A stretch of 57,766 bases of DNA from a virus (IMGVR_UViG_3300043399_000632:1-57766), one strand, 5' to 3'. Positions 1-10,089 are shown, counted from the first letter of the stretch. The notes: a model not told the origin generated them from the letters alone. A program made the numbers and translations.

Positions 1-139
1 ATCCTTTTAATTCTCGAACGCGACTATCGGTGTCTATGCAGACTAAGAGATAATCACCTAGAGATTTAGCGTAATTTAGTAGCTCAATGTGGCCTCGATG
101 GACCACATCAAATGTACCGTTAACTACTACTCGAATCAT
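1..139 (-). CDS. Partial HldE domain II / RfaE-like sugar-phosphate nucleotidyltransferase (runs off the window edge; missing from the ORF track)
   Basis: Manual translation from ATG at 139: MIRVVVNGTFDVVHRGHIELLNYAKSLGDYLLVCIDTDSRVRELKG. Contains the G-x-F-D-x-x-H-x-G-H cytidylyltransferase-family motif and overlaps the end of the GmhD-like gene. Confidence 0.85.
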   Translation of the reverse strand, partial: MIRVVVNGTFDVVHRGHIELLNYAKSLGDYLLVCIDTDSRVRELKG

Positions 140-905
140 TTAGTGTTTTAGTTAGCTTGGTCAAGTCTGCACAAGTGTATTTTTGGTACTGCGACTTAAT
201 ATGGTCGGGCATAGGAATATACTCGATAGTTGCATTATACTGCTTTGCGACTCGTTTCGCAACCTCTTCAAAGCTTTCTGGTTTCCCGGTACCGATGTTC
301 CAAACACCTGACTCTTTTACACTAAAGAACTTTTTATGATAATCAACCACAGTCTCAACTGGCACAAAGTCACGCAGGTATTGATCGGAGTTTTCAAACA
401 GCTTAATCACACCAGTCTCTTTCGCTTGGCGAGCAAATGTACTATGTGGGCTAGCTTGTCCAACTTTGTGATCTTCGTGAGGGCCGTACACGTTAAAATA
501 CCTAAAACCCTGAACTCTGATATTTTCAAACTTTTGACTTAGCACATGCCTGTCAAACAAATACTTGGACCATGCATACGGACTTTGTGGGCATTTTGGA
601 GCATCTTCTCTAAAATCTGTAGTTAACCCATACACACTAGCCGAACTTGCGTATTGTAAGTTAACACCGTTTAGTTGACATGCCATAAGCACCACACAGC
701 TAAAATCATGATTCTGCCTCATGATTGCGTCAGCATCACGCGCAGTGGTTGAGCTGTTTGCTCCCAAATGAATACACCAGTCTAGTCCTTCAAAATCGGG
801 AGGTTCTTCTCCCCATTCGTATAAACTCAGTTCGTGATCGTCCTTAAGAGCGTTGACCATGTTTTGGCCAATAAACCCTTTATATCCTGTGATTAGAATC
901 TTCAT
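120..905 (-). CDS. gmhD: ADP-L-glycero-D-manno-heptose 6-epimerase-like extended SDR
   Basis: ITGYKGFIG NAD-binding motif, YASSASVYG, YxxxK (YAWSK), FRYFNVYGPHEDHK, RDFV and YQKYTCAD match the RfaD/HldD pattern. Confidence 0.8.
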   Translation of the reverse strand: MKILITGYKGFIGQNMVNALKDDHELSLYEWGEEPPDFEGLDWCIHLGANSSTTARDADAIMRQNHDFSCVVLMACQLNGVNLQYASSASVYGLTTDFREDAPKCPQSPYAWSKYLFDRHVLSQKFENIRVQGFRYFNVYGPHEDHKVGQASPHSTFARQAKETGVIKLFENSDQYLRDFVPVETVVDYHKKFFSVKESGVWNIGTGKPESFEEVAKRVAKQYNATIEYIPMPDHIKSQYQKYTCADLTKLTKTLNDSSSS

Positions 906-1258
906 TTCTGGCTATCTCCCGGCATAACTCGGTAGTTGTCTTCAACTGAATCCGGAGTACTCACTTCAATTAGTGTACCTTCTTCGACGCATATCACTTG
1001 GTGTGGCATTAGGGGTTTGTTATGCCAAACATCGCCTGGATTCAATTCTGCCTCATGAATTGATGCATCGGTTGTGTCAATGTATCGAACACTAAATTTA
1101 CCACTCAGTACGTACCACGTTTCATCCTTTTCAGAATGAAAGTGCATACTAAATTTTGATCCAGTATTAAACTTTAGCAGCTTGCCACAATACTTGTCAG
1201 TGGTTGCCCAAATTAATTCGTGCCCCCAACCCTTTTTTACAAACCCTTCTAGTCTCAT
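902..1258 (-). CDS. Cupin-domain protein (sugar isomerase-like)
   Basis: SMHFHSEKDETWYV and PH cupin metal ligands; KGWGHE N-terminus; 4-nt overlap with the gmhD-like gene. Confidence 0.75.
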   Translation of the reverse strand: MRLEGFVKKGWGHELIWATTDKYCGKLLKFNTGSKFSMHFHSEKDETWYVLSGKFSVRYIDTTDASIHEAELNPGDVWHNKPLMPHQVICVEEGTLIEVSTPDSVEDNYRVMPGDSQK

Positions 1259-1443
1259 TGCAAATTCTCCGTAAAACGATCGGTGAAAGCGTCTACGTAA
1301 CAGTTATATGTGTTGTCGGTCCCCAACTTGGTATAATGGACCCACAGTTTACTGTCTACAAATTCTACAGTAATTACTTGAAATTCTGAACCTTTTCCGT
1401 CGGTCCATTTACTTTTTATTTTTGGTATATTCTTCATATTCAT
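1255..1443 (-). CDS. Hypothetical protein
   Basis: Small ORF overlapping its neighbours in the same operon. Confidence 0.55.
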   Translation of the reverse strand: MNMKNIPKIKSKWTDGKGSEFQVITVEFVDSKLWVHYTKLGTDNTYNCYVDAFTDRFTENLQ

Positions 1444-1747
1444 ATCTCGTTAAATTTAGCAACATCTGGTAGTGCTCATATGCTTTGGCAACAGCGGGAT
1501 TCATTCTCCTAAGGTTTCGTTCAATTGCGAACTCTTTGGTAATCTCAATTATACTAGTCAAGTGATGTTCAGGCAACTTCATAGTATACAGCCGTTCTTC
1601 CTTGGCTTCAATATAGGCATCTAGTGCGTCGTTACTATAATGGAGGTAGTCTGCATAGTGCTGACGTCTTCGAGTATCGTAGGTTAGATCCGTAATGCCG
1701 TACGACCAAACAAAATCGTGTATATCTTTAGAGTCAATCAATTTCAA
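1409..1747 (-). CDS. Hypothetical protein
   Basis: Operon context with overlapping ends. Confidence 0.6.
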   Translation of the reverse strand: MKLIDSKDIHDFVWSYGITDLTYDTRRRQHYADYLHYSNDALDAYIEAKEERLYTMKLPEHHLTSIIEITKEFAIERNLRRMNPAVAKAYEHYQMLLNLTRYEYEEYTKNKK

Positions 1748-2429
1748 CTCCTTTGAGGATTTCTTTGACTAGAGCAACATCAGCCGGCAGTTCTTTAAAC
1801 CGTTTAAGCCAATAGGGTAAATCAAATGCTGGAGCGATTAGATTTAGTTGTTCATCATTCATGTTCTGTATCATTGTTTTACCGGAAGTACTGTTTAATA
1901 CAACCCACAATGAAATTCGTCCGTTGAGTATGTCGTGTACTGCCCTATTTGGACTTACGTATTTAAAATAGTGAGCGAACGGTGCAGAATTATCGTCTGC
2001 CCATTCCATCATTGTTGCTAGCGTTCTCTGTACAGCAGCTTCAACTGGTTCAGTTTTTAGCATCTCATAGAGATACTTTTCGTATAGCGCATCTCTACAC
2101 CAATGATCGAGCTTTACTCCACTTTTGATCACGTAGTCAACAAATTTATCAGGATAGATGGGTTTGGCGTTGTTAATAAAACTACCAAATTTCACAAACG
2201 CATTGTAATAGCTGCTATTCGCAAAATCGTCGTAGGTCTTGGGTTTGTTGGAGTTTTGTGTCAATTGCCAAAAACGGTTGAATGCAAGAAACCCTGCCTG
2301 TACACGTTTTTCGTCTTTTTGTAAGGCACGGCGCTTGCGTTCACACATGTGACTCACGAGTGTCTTCTGCTTCATGAAGCTTTTGCCGCAATGAACACAT
2401 TTATGCGGTTGTTCAACTAGAGCAATCAT
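1734..2429 (-). CDS. Hypothetical protein with N-terminal C2HC-type zinc finger
   Basis: CVHCGKSF...LVSHMC. Confidence 0.65.
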   Translation of the reverse strand: MIALVEQPHKCVHCGKSFMKQKTLVSHMCERKRRALQKDEKRVQAGFLAFNRFWQLTQNSNKPKTYDDFANSSYYNAFVKFGSFINNAKPIYPDKFVDYVIKSGVKLDHWCRDALYEKYLYEMLKTEPVEAAVQRTLATMMEWADDNSAPFAHYFKYVSPNRAVHDILNGRISLWVVLNSTSGKTMIQNMNDEQLNLIAPAFDLPYWLKRFKELPADVALVKEILKGVEID

Positions 2430-2647
2430 TTGTTATCTTCGTATGTTTTAACCATGGTATACAGTGGATCGCTTTTAATAATCAACAACCGCTTGGGGTA
2501 ACGAATTGCAATCTTGCTTGTATCTAAGTAGAGTTTTCCATTTTCGATCCTAGTTACGGTATGAAATGACAAATATCCATCCCCAGCAGCTCTAACAATT
2601 TCGCACCCCACATGAAACACATTTCCTCGGATATCTCTAATGCTCAC
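2426..2647 (-). CDS. Hypothetical protein
   Basis: 4-nt overlaps on both sides. Confidence 0.6.
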   Translation of the reverse strand: MSIRDIRGNVFHVGCEIVRAAGDGYLSFHTVTRIENGKLYLDTSKIAIRYPKRLLIIKSDPLYTMVKTYEDNK

Positions 2648-3108
2648 AAGTATTCCTTTCGTTGCGTCTTATCAAATCCCATGTCGTCAAGTAGTTCATT
2701 GATCTCGGCTTTAGTCATTAGATTTGCTAGGAGCCTGATATCTTCGGCCTTGTAAGACGGGTGAAGTTCTTCAAGTAGCTTTGCTATCTTTGGTGCTTTG
2801 CTTTCCTTATTTTCAAACTTTAAGTAGGAGTGAAAGCAGTTCACTCCTACTCCCGTTGCTGCTAGCAATTTCCACAGCAATGCTTTATGATTTTTACTCA
2901 AATCCCAATGATTTTTATTAACTAACTCATTGGTCATTTCGATAAACCACTCAGTTGTGTCACGATCGCCTTTAACATTACTGGCAAATTTCATAAGAAC
3001 AAAAGGTGCTAGAGCCTTTTGTTCTTCAGGAGTTAGTTTGTCATAAAAATCGTACTGCTTCTTATCAATTGCGTTTAACGCTCGTTTTAAATCAACTTGT
3101 ACAGCCAT
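2644..3108 (-). CDS. Possible clamp-loader small subunit (gp62-like)
   Basis: Size, helical character and the APFVLMKFAS segment resemble small clamp-loader subunits of T4-like phages; weak call. Confidence 0.4.
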   Translation of the reverse strand: MAVQVDLKRALNAIDKKQYDFYDKLTPEEQKALAPFVLMKFASNVKGDRDTTEWFIEMTNELVNKNHWDLSKNHKALLWKLLAATGVGVNCFHSYLKFENKESKAPKIAKLLEELHPSYKAEDIRLLANLMTKAEINELLDDMGFDKTQRKEYL

Positions 3109-3125
3109 AATATTCCTATAGTATA

Positions 3126-3154
3126 ATTATAACACAACTGTGAATTTATCACAA
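3126..3154 (-). promoter_or_regulatory. Sigma70-like promoter
   Basis: TTGTGA-N17-TATAAT upstream of the 3108 start, followed by an AGGA RBS. Confidence 0.6.
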
Positions 3155-3161
3155 ATAGACA

Positions 3162-3665
3162 TTACCAACAACGAGTGTAATCAACCGTTTCGCATTGCCT
3201 ACTCACTTCTTTAACAAAGTATGCGCACTGGGGTTTTGGGCCAGCATGTAATGGCGTACAAAGCAATCTGCCCGGACGCAATTTCGGGAAATACCATTTA
3301 ACGTCTTGATACACATCAATAATATCAATGTCTAAGAAATCAGGTCTGAAACTAGAAAGCGGGTTAAAACAGAATGTTTTAAACCCTCGATCATTTAGAC
3401 TAGTCAATGGAAGTACCTCCATATCTGCCGCAGTCGGGTCACCTACAATAGCGCACCAATCCAGAGGCATAGTTAGCTCGTGTGGTCCAATTTTTAGAAC
3501 AACTGCGGGCGCAGTGAAGCTTTCTAAAAAAATCAGCGGGATGAAAAAATGATCTGGATTTTGGTTATCGCTGTTATCTAACACAGCAAATCTCAAATCA
3601 TCGTCAATTATTTCCGGAAGTTCGTTTAGGTAAATTGTTTTATTTTCTAATGATAATATCTGCAT
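3162..3665 (-). CDS. Hypothetical protein downstream of UvsW
   Basis: 167-aa ORF tightly coupled to uvsW. Confidence 0.7.
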   Translation of the reverse strand: MQILSLENKTIYLNELPEIIDDDLRFAVLDNSDNQNPDHFFIPLIFLESFTAPAVVLKIGPHELTMPLDWCAIVGDPTAADMEVLPLTSLNDRGFKTFCFNPLSSFRPDFLDIDIIDVYQDVKWYFPKLRPGRLLCTPLHAGPKPQCAYFVKEVSRQCETVDYTRCW

Positions 3666-3667
3666 TT

Positions 3668-5134
3668 TTAATATTTGACCTTTTGAACTTCAAATGGGTA
3701 TTTGGCATCCTTATAGTATCGCTTTCTTTCAGTGAGATGCCGCTTGGCATACTTGGTGCTTGCGGTAACGTCCCATACTTGCACAAAGTCTTTGTCATCT
3801 GCTTTACGAATACCACGACCGATACTTTGTATCACTCGAACAAAACTCTTTCCCGGCTCAATTAGAACGAGGTTAAAAATTCTAGGGATGTTAATGCCCA
3901 CTGCTGCTACACCGTATGTTGCGACAATAATCTTATTGGTTGCTGTTCGAACTTCGTCATACTCTTCTTTACGATCTTTGGTTTTTACAGCACCTGAAAT
4001 AAACGCAACTTCTTCGTCAAGTTGCTCATTTAGAAAATTCTGAATAAAATTTCCACTCTCAATTCTATCTACCAATACCAAAGTATTTCCACTTTCAGAA
4101 ATAGTCTTAATTAGATTGGAGATATATGTCATACGTGTGCTATCAGTAACCAAATACTTGAGTTCTTCAGCGTAGCCTTTGAATTCTTTCCATTCCGCCG
4201 TTTGGATAACATTTACATGGCAAGCACTTAACACGCCCTTCTCTTGTAGCTCATGAGCAGCGACTCGGTGAACAACTTCACCCAAGCTTGCTTTTAGGCT
4301 TTGGAATTCGTGATCTGCTTTGGGCACGGTGCCAGTCAATCCCCAACGAATGGGTGCGTTGGCCAAATTCTGTGTAAGCAGTTTCTTGAGAACATCGGCT
4401 TTGGCCATGTGAACTTCGTCAACCATCACACATTGAACATCATCTAGCAACTCTGCCAAAGACAGTACCTCTTCATCGTTTTTAGACTTCTTATCTAAAA
4501 TGTTCAGGCTTTGCCAAGTACAGATAGTATGTGTTTTGCCAATATCCTTTCGGTCGCCGTAGTAAACTCCGACATCAAGGCCGCAGTTAATAAAATCCTC
4601 CTCTGTTTGTTCGACAAGACTTTTATTCGGGACAATAGTGACTGTTCTACCATATTTTTCACAAATTTTTGCTAAGGTTGCTGTTGTAATTGTTTTGCCA
4701 AAGCCAGTGGCAATCTCTTGAATACATTGCGGGTTTTCTAAAAACTTGTTAACTACTTCGACTTGGTCGTCACGCAGCCTAATTGGATGACCGGCAAATC
4801 TATGACCAGATGGCCAACATTTTTCACCCCAGAACTCTTCAGTAATAGAGGCAAATGACAAGTCTGTTGGGTTGCGATTATCCTCTAGTTCAATGTAATA
4901 GTTTTGAGCCTCAAGGTACTCCAGGACTTGCGGCAGCATACTTAGATATGTGGTTCCGCCAAGTCCGAAAAAGCTAATGGTGCCGTCCCAACGGCCTAGC
5001 TTGTATGCTGGCTTATATCTTGCTGACGGATCCTCGTACTTAAACTTCTTAACAAGGGCTTTTCTAGTGTCCAAGTCTAGACCGGATATTTTTACATTCA
5101 CTTCGTCTTGAATAATAACTTTACAAGTTGTCAA
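3668..5134 (-). CDS. uvsW: UvsW-like superfamily 2 DNA helicase
   Basis: ATGFGKT Walker A, DEVH, GLTGT, QSIGRGIR motif VI; near uvsY/uvsX. Confidence 0.9.
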   Translation of the reverse strand: MTTCKVIIQDEVNVKISGLDLDTRKALVKKFKYEDPSARYKPAYKLGRWDGTISFFGLGGTTYLSMLPQVLEYLEAQNYYIELEDNRNPTDLSFASITEEFWGEKCWPSGHRFAGHPIRLRDDQVEVVNKFLENPQCIQEIATGFGKTITTATLAKICEKYGRTVTIVPNKSLVEQTEEDFINCGLDVGVYYGDRKDIGKTHTICTWQSLNILDKKSKNDEEVLSLAELLDDVQCVMVDEVHMAKADVLKKLLTQNLANAPIRWGLTGTVPKADHEFQSLKASLGEVVHRVAAHELQEKGVLSACHVNVIQTAEWKEFKGYAEELKYLVTDSTRMTYISNLIKTISESGNTLVLVDRIESGNFIQNFLNEQLDEEVAFISGAVKTKDRKEEYDEVRTATNKIIVATYGVAAVGINIPRIFNLVLIEPGKSFVRVIQSIGRGIRKADDKDFVQVWDVTASTKYAKRHLTERKRYYKDAKYPFEVQKVKY

Positions 5135-6327
5135 AACATTTGTCCTTTCGGGTAATAATAGATTACATTTCTATGATTGTTTACAAAATTCCTAGTCACA
5201 TAGTGTGTTGGGTTTCTACCAAATGATATGACTACTTTAAAATCTATTTTAGATTTAATCAGAGGTTTCGGTAAAGTAACACTAATAATAACTGCTCGCG
5301 TGTTACTTGTAACTGGCGAGTTTAATTGATTCTCTCTCACATACTCATTAAAATCTGCTCCAGATGCTTTTGGCAACCTAAATTGAACTGAAATTTCTGA
5401 AGACTCGACTCCGGACTCTAATAAGAATGCATGGATCTGTTTTAGAGTTTTTAACTCAGATCCTCCCGGAATTATAAACAATGCTGGTTGCAAATATTGT
5501 ACTATATGTGTTAAACATTGTACAGGATTTTCTAAACTGTTAATGTGAAAGTGATCTTCTGATGATTCAAGCATCATTCGAGTAATCGGATCAGCCTGGG
5601 ATTTTTTAAGTTGAGAACTGACGATATCATCCCACACAGTGATTCCACGCTCTCTTGCTTCAAATAGCGCTGGCAACAGCTGATCACTACTCAAAGGAGG
5701 AACTGATGGGTGGGCATTTTTATAAATGTAGTGCCCATTTTCATATGCCACAATGGGCACTATTTCCGAAATTGAATCTGAGTTTTTACAAATTGAATCA
5801 ACATAAGTTGCGTACTCGCTAAACTCAGCGTCGGCTTCAAATCCAGAACGTTTTTGCAGCGTTGATAAGAACAGTATCGACTGTTCTGTTAAAGCAAACA
5901 TCCAAGATGTTGATTCTGGATCCCATACTGGATTGCCGATTGTTTTTCTGTTAAGTCTAATCTCATCAACTAGTGCTTGATCAAACGGGAATTGGGCGCG
6001 AATTGATCTAGGAACACCTAACGCATGTGGAACATCTACTACTGAAATTTGTTTGTTCACTACTGATTTCCTAATAGGTAATTTGTAGTCAGGAGTTTCG
6101 GTAATATCCTTAATACTTTGAAGATTATAGTGCTCTACCAGTCTCGTAGCATATCGATTTACAATCTTCAAAGCTAGATCGCACTGTTTTTCAGTGTACC
6201 CAACACCCCGAAACGTTTGCTCTGCAAGGCTGTCCACAATCTTTAAATCAAAACTGTGAACTTTGCAGACTCGGTTAGTTGAACTGAAGATGGATAGGGA
6301 AATAATTACGTCTTCAATGTAGATCAT
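5131..6327 (-). CDS. Hypothetical protein
   Basis: 398-aa ORF between uvsY and uvsW. Confidence 0.75.
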   Translation of the reverse strand: MIYIEDVIISLSIFSSTNRVCKVHSFDLKIVDSLAEQTFRGVGYTEKQCDLALKIVNRYATRLVEHYNLQSIKDITETPDYKLPIRKSVVNKQISVVDVPHALGVPRSIRAQFPFDQALVDEIRLNRKTIGNPVWDPESTSWMFALTEQSILFLSTLQKRSGFEADAEFSEYATYVDSICKNSDSISEIVPIVAYENGHYIYKNAHPSVPPLSSDQLLPALFEARERGITVWDDIVSSQLKKSQADPITRMMLESSEDHFHINSLENPVQCLTHIVQYLQPALFIIPGGSELKTLKQIHAFLLESGVESSEISVQFRLPKASGADFNEYVRENQLNSPVTSNTRAVIISVTLPKPLIKSKIDFKVVISFGRNPTHYVTRNFVNNHRNVIYYYPKGQMF

Positions 6328-6330
6328 ATC

Positions 6331-6786
6331 TTATAATGTAACATCATCCATACCGGCAACCCTAAGTTTAATAATGTTATTAATCTGGTAGCCTTTGATA
6401 TCTAAACTCTTAATAATGCCCAACCATTGATTGCGCAGCATTGCGAACTCGTTGATAATTTTTTCCATGTCAACAACGTCTGCTTCGCCGTCCACATATT
6501 TTTCAACGTCTCGACTACTTAACGCTCTCTGATAGTTTTCCAAATACTTCTTAAAAGCCTTACTCCGGATGCGCCTAAGTTCAATATTCAAGTATTCAAG
6601 AATTGCTTCAATTTCTTGAAGTTGATTAAACCTGTGTTCTACGATTCCAGGCAAAGAAGCCGAAGCCTTTTCAATGTTACCATATATTTTAGCTTCGGCT
6701 TTTGCTAAGTCTAGCTCTTTATAAAAGTATTCTATACAGTCTGGCAAATGAACAATATCTTTGCTAACTTTAGAATACCATGACAT
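6331..6786 (-). CDS. uvsY: UvsY-like recombination mediator
   Basis: Helical 151-aa protein ending KGYQINNIIKLRVAG; located between uvsX and uvsW. Confidence 0.7.
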   Translation of the reverse strand: MSWYSKVSKDIVHLPDCIEYFYKELDLAKAEAKIYGNIEKASASLPGIVEHRFNQLQEIEAILEYLNIELRRIRSKAFKKYLENYQRALSSRDVEKYVDGEADVVDMEKIINEFAMLRNQWLGIIKSLDIKGYQINNIIKLRVAGMDDVTL

Positions 6787-7038
6787 TTAGTAGTCCTCGT
6801 CGTCGTCTAGATCTTCTTCTTCCTCGTCTTGTTCTGCTTCATCGTTGTATTCATCCAATACAATACCAATTGCTTCATCCAAGTGTGGATCATATCCAAG
6901 AAGACCTTCTAGCACCGGAGCGTCAACATCGTTACTTACTAAAAAGTCAACGTACTGTGTAGCAGCAGCGTCTCGATTTTTTTCGGGAATGTAGTCTTTA
7001 AACGTATCCCAAATTTCAATAATTAGACTTTCATCCAT
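6787..7038 (-). CDS. Small acidic hypothetical protein
   Basis: 83 aa with an Asp/Glu-rich tail. Confidence 0.7.
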   Translation of the reverse strand: MDESLIIEIWDTFKDYIPEKNRDAAATQYVDFLVSNDVDAPVLEGLLGYDPHLDEAIGIVLDEYNDEAEQDEEEEDLDDDEDY

Positions 7039-7043
7039 TTAAT

Positions 7044-8120
7044 TTACTCCTGGTTAACACTAGCGTCTTCAGTGCTATCGTGCAGTGGAGTTGAACTGGC
7101 AATTTTGTTATGGAATTCTGACATAACTAAATCTAAAATACCGTTGATGTTTTTATTCCATTCTTTTCTAAAATACTTGTGAATTTCACCATTTAAATCA
7201 GTGTATGCGTATCGGTTACCTTCTTTAATTAAAATTTTGTGTTTTTCAAAAAGCTCAAACAGACCAGAATACGGGTTTAGGCCGGAATCGTACGGGATAT
7301 AAAGTTCAATGTCTTCAAAGGGTTTAGAGTAACGTGTTTTCAACACTTTACACCCACTTCTAATACCCAAAACTGAAGAAACTTTATTACCGTCCTCGTC
7401 TTCCTTTAGCTTTAATTTTTTCATCCCAATTAAAATGCTACTAGCATAAATGAATCCAGCGCCTCCGCTAACAATCGGGTCTGGGTTATACGGGTCCTGT
7501 GACGCATATGAATGATTCGTTGCCACTAGACCGATATTTAAATTGCCAAACATGTTAACACAATTGGTGACGAGTGCTTTCAATGCCTTCGGTTTTCTGC
7601 CAAAATCGCCTTTTGATACATCGCCAGAATTAAATTGGTCAGTTTGAGTAGGGACCATGGCCATTCCCAAACTGTCAATTACAAACAGTACTTTTGGGCG
7701 TTCATCGTCTGGGAGCAGCTTATACTCACTAACGAACTCAGAAATAACTTTCCCAATGTCATCAATCATTGCCATGCTTAATTTTAGCAATTTTTCAGGA
7801 GAAGTGTCAACACCTAGTGCTTTAAGCCACGATTCATCCAACGCATTTTCAGTGTCTATGAGTACTACAAAAATACCCATGCCTTGTGCGTGTTTTACTA
7901 TATTCCCCGATGATAAGTAAGATTTGCCGCTGCCACTCTCACCTGAAAACACAGTAACTTTGCCTAACGGCACCCCTTTAAAAAAATCACCAGAAATTAG
8001 AAAATTTAGTCCGTATGATCCTGTCGAAACCCAGTCGACAGGATCATTAAAACCAATGCCCAGTCCCTCGATTGATTTTGTAATTGATTTTCTGAATTTG
8101 CTCAAATCAAATGGTTTCAC
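7044..8120 (-). CDS. uvsX: UvsX/RecA-like recombinase
   Basis: GESGSGKS Walker A, IDTENALD, VIDSLG Walker B, SGG loop; GTG start with AAGGA RBS. Confidence 0.92.
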   Translation of the reverse strand: MKPFDLSKFRKSITKSIEGLGIGFNDPVDWVSTGSYGLNFLISGDFFKGVPLGKVTVFSGESGSGKSYLSSGNIVKHAQGMGIFVVLIDTENALDESWLKALGVDTSPEKLLKLSMAMIDDIGKVISEFVSEYKLLPDDERPKVLFVIDSLGMAMVPTQTDQFNSGDVSKGDFGRKPKALKALVTNCVNMFGNLNIGLVATNHSYASQDPYNPDPIVSGGAGFIYASSILIGMKKLKLKEDEDGNKVSSVLGIRSGCKVLKTRYSKPFEDIELYIPYDSGLNPYSGLFELFEKHKILIKEGNRYAYTDLNGEIHKYFRKEWNKNINGILDLVMSEFHNKIASSTPLHDSTEDASVNQE

Positions 8121-8122
8121 GT

Positions 8123-8884
8123 TTATTCCTTTATATAAAAATAGTCTACAAATTTTGGATATGGAGATTTAATCCGATTCCGTATAGTCTCTTCAGACAC
8201 ACGTAACGCGTCTGCTGCGGCCTTAACCATTGAAAATTCCCCAAATGGCGTATGCACTGCCCTGGCCCTAGGGTGCTTGTCCCCAATACCGAACATATGG
8301 TTTTGCGCTCCGTATCTTTTTGAAGTTTCACGATGGTGTTTTCCAAAAAAAGGATTCATGTCTCCATTTTGGTCGCGTCTGTTCTCACTCATTAGTTTTT
8401 TAGAACTGTCTTTGTGATGTTTCCCATACATTCCGTTTTTGCTGCCGGCATTTTTCATTTTTTGGCGCTGTTCAGGAGTATGTCGATGACCAAAAGCAGA
8501 TGCCATTGGCCCTGTTTTTCCGTAATTTGGGTTGTTAACGCCTTGTTTTTGTGATCGTAACAATTCAATAGTCTTAGAGGAATGTTTCATTCCCTTCGTA
8601 GAACATGAAAATTTCGCAGAAGTTTGGCGGGCCTTGTTGTAAAATTTTGGATTAGTGTCTACACTAAATATTGAATGTAATAAAATCTCATGTGATAATG
8701 CGTCAGATCTAGTAGGCCACACTGCCAATACCGTTTTAGTAAACGATTCGCCAGTAAGTATTGCCTGGTTAACTGCCTTGCTTGAACTCATATAACAATC
8801 ATCACTGATAGCTAAATCGGTCGACCGTACACCGATATATGACTTCCCAGTAGTATCCTCGAGCCAATAAGTGTAATGATACAT
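8123..8884 (-). mobile_element. Free-standing GIY-YIG (Seg-like) homing endonuclease with NUMOD3-type repeats
   Basis: YTY...YIGVRS, a conserved E and FYNK; repeated GxxHxxxxxxxxS motifs. Confidence 0.8.
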
Positions 8885-8892
8885 TTTACGGG

Positions 8893-9078
8893 TTAAATCA
8901 CGTCAGAGCAAGTCCGCCCAATTGCCCGCAGCCAAGTGTTCAGACGGTGGATAATGATAGAATCGTCTTTTGGATTATCAAATTCAATAGCGCAATCCAT
9001 AACAGTATCACCTGTCTGATCTTCGCGGGCACTATAGCGTAACGAGAAATTCTCGTTAGTTTTTAGTGCCTTTGCCAT
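8893..9078 (-). CDS. Hypothetical protein
   Basis: 61-aa ORF immediately after gp32. Confidence 0.55.
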   Translation of the reverse strand: MAKALKTNENFSLRYSAREDQTGDTVMDCAIEFDNPKDDSIIIHRLNTWLRAIGRTCSDVI

Positions 9079-9084
9079 AGTTTA

Positions 9085-10089
9085 TTACTTTTGACGGTTA
9101 CGAATCATTGCGATAATGTCCGCTGCACGGTTGCTTGCGTCCGAGCCAGCAGAGGGAGCAGGTTGGGCTGCTGGAGCAGCAGGAGCCGACGCCCATGGGC
9201 GGTCGCCGTCGTCATCTTCTGCAACTGCTGGAGCAGCTACTGGTGTCGGGCGAGTCACTGCCGGAGCAGCTGCTTGAGTTGTGCTGGTATTGCTGCCAGT
9301 AGCGCCATTGTATCCACTGGGTTTAAAATACTGACCCCAACGTTCAGGATCGTATGCTTCGCCATCAACTGATGCTTCGAACATCTCTTTGATGACCTTG
9401 AGTTCAACCTCTGTGGGCTTCTTTGGGAGGAAGTCGCTCAGTTTGAACAGACCGTATTGGTCAATAGCTGCGCGTTCTTCATCGCTGAGCGCACGTTCAC
9501 GTCGTGCCCAATTGGAAGTAGAGTAGTCAGCGTAACCGCCTTTTGCGGCCTTTACAACTTTGAAGTCCAAGCCGCGAACATAATCAGTCGGCAGTTCTTC
9601 AATTTCGCTATCCATCAGCGCGTTCTTAACAATGTTAAAGATTTGGCTGCTGATAATAAACCGACGAATTGGATTCTCAGGAACTTTGTCTTCTTGAAGT
9701 TTGCTGTCTACCACGAAACCTTGGAAGAGGTACGACTTTTTCTTCCAATACTTACGGCCCATTTCTTCAAGACTCTTGTCCTTGAACCAAGGGCGAACTT
9801 CAGTAAGAACAGGACACGGTTCGTTCCACATCTCCATACAAGGGACTTGTACAGTTACAGGCTTGCTGTTAGTTTCACCTTTAATGCCAGCAAATGGCAG
9901 ACGGATCATTGCACGTTCGATCCAGAAGAAGGTGTTGTTAGGATCCCCGTCAGGCAGGAAACGAATAGTTGCTGTTTGTCCTTCAGCAATGTTCCAGTGC
10001 GGGAAAATTTGATTGTCGCCAGAACCGGCGGATTGTTGTTGCTGTGAAGAAGCTTGGAGCTTCGCGCGAATTTCTGCAAGAGTTGCCAT
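9085..10089 (-). CDS. Single-stranded DNA-binding protein (T4 gp32-like)
   Basis: IRFLPDGD, CPV, YWKKKSY, GLDFKVVK..GGYADYSTS and an Ala/Pro-rich acidic tail. Confidence 0.88.
   Translation of the reverse strand: MATLAEIRAKLQASSQQQQSAGSGDNQIFPHWNIAEGQTATIRFLPDGDPNNTFFWIERAMIRLPFAGIKGETNSKPVTVQVPCMEMWNEPCPVLTEVRPWFKDKSLEEMGRKYWKKKSYLFQGFVVDSKLQEDKVPENPIRRFIISSQIFNIVKNALMDSEIEELPTDYVRGLDFKVVKAAKGGYADYSTSNWARRERALSDEERAAIDQYGLFKLSDFLPKKPTEVELKVIKEMFEASVDGEAYDPERWGQYFKPSGYNGATGSNTSTTQAAAPAVTRPTPVAAPAVAEDDDGDRPWASAPAAPAAQPAPSAGSDASNRAADIIAMIRNRQK

Noticed and set aside
3139-3153. CRP site TGTGA...TCACA
   Set aside because: Spacer is 5 nt rather than 6; may be chance or another operator
9091-10047. 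Plus-strand ORFs of 93-196 aa opposite gp32, and similar short antisense ORFs throughout
   Set aside because: Shadows of codon-biased genes on the other strand, with no motifs or RBS
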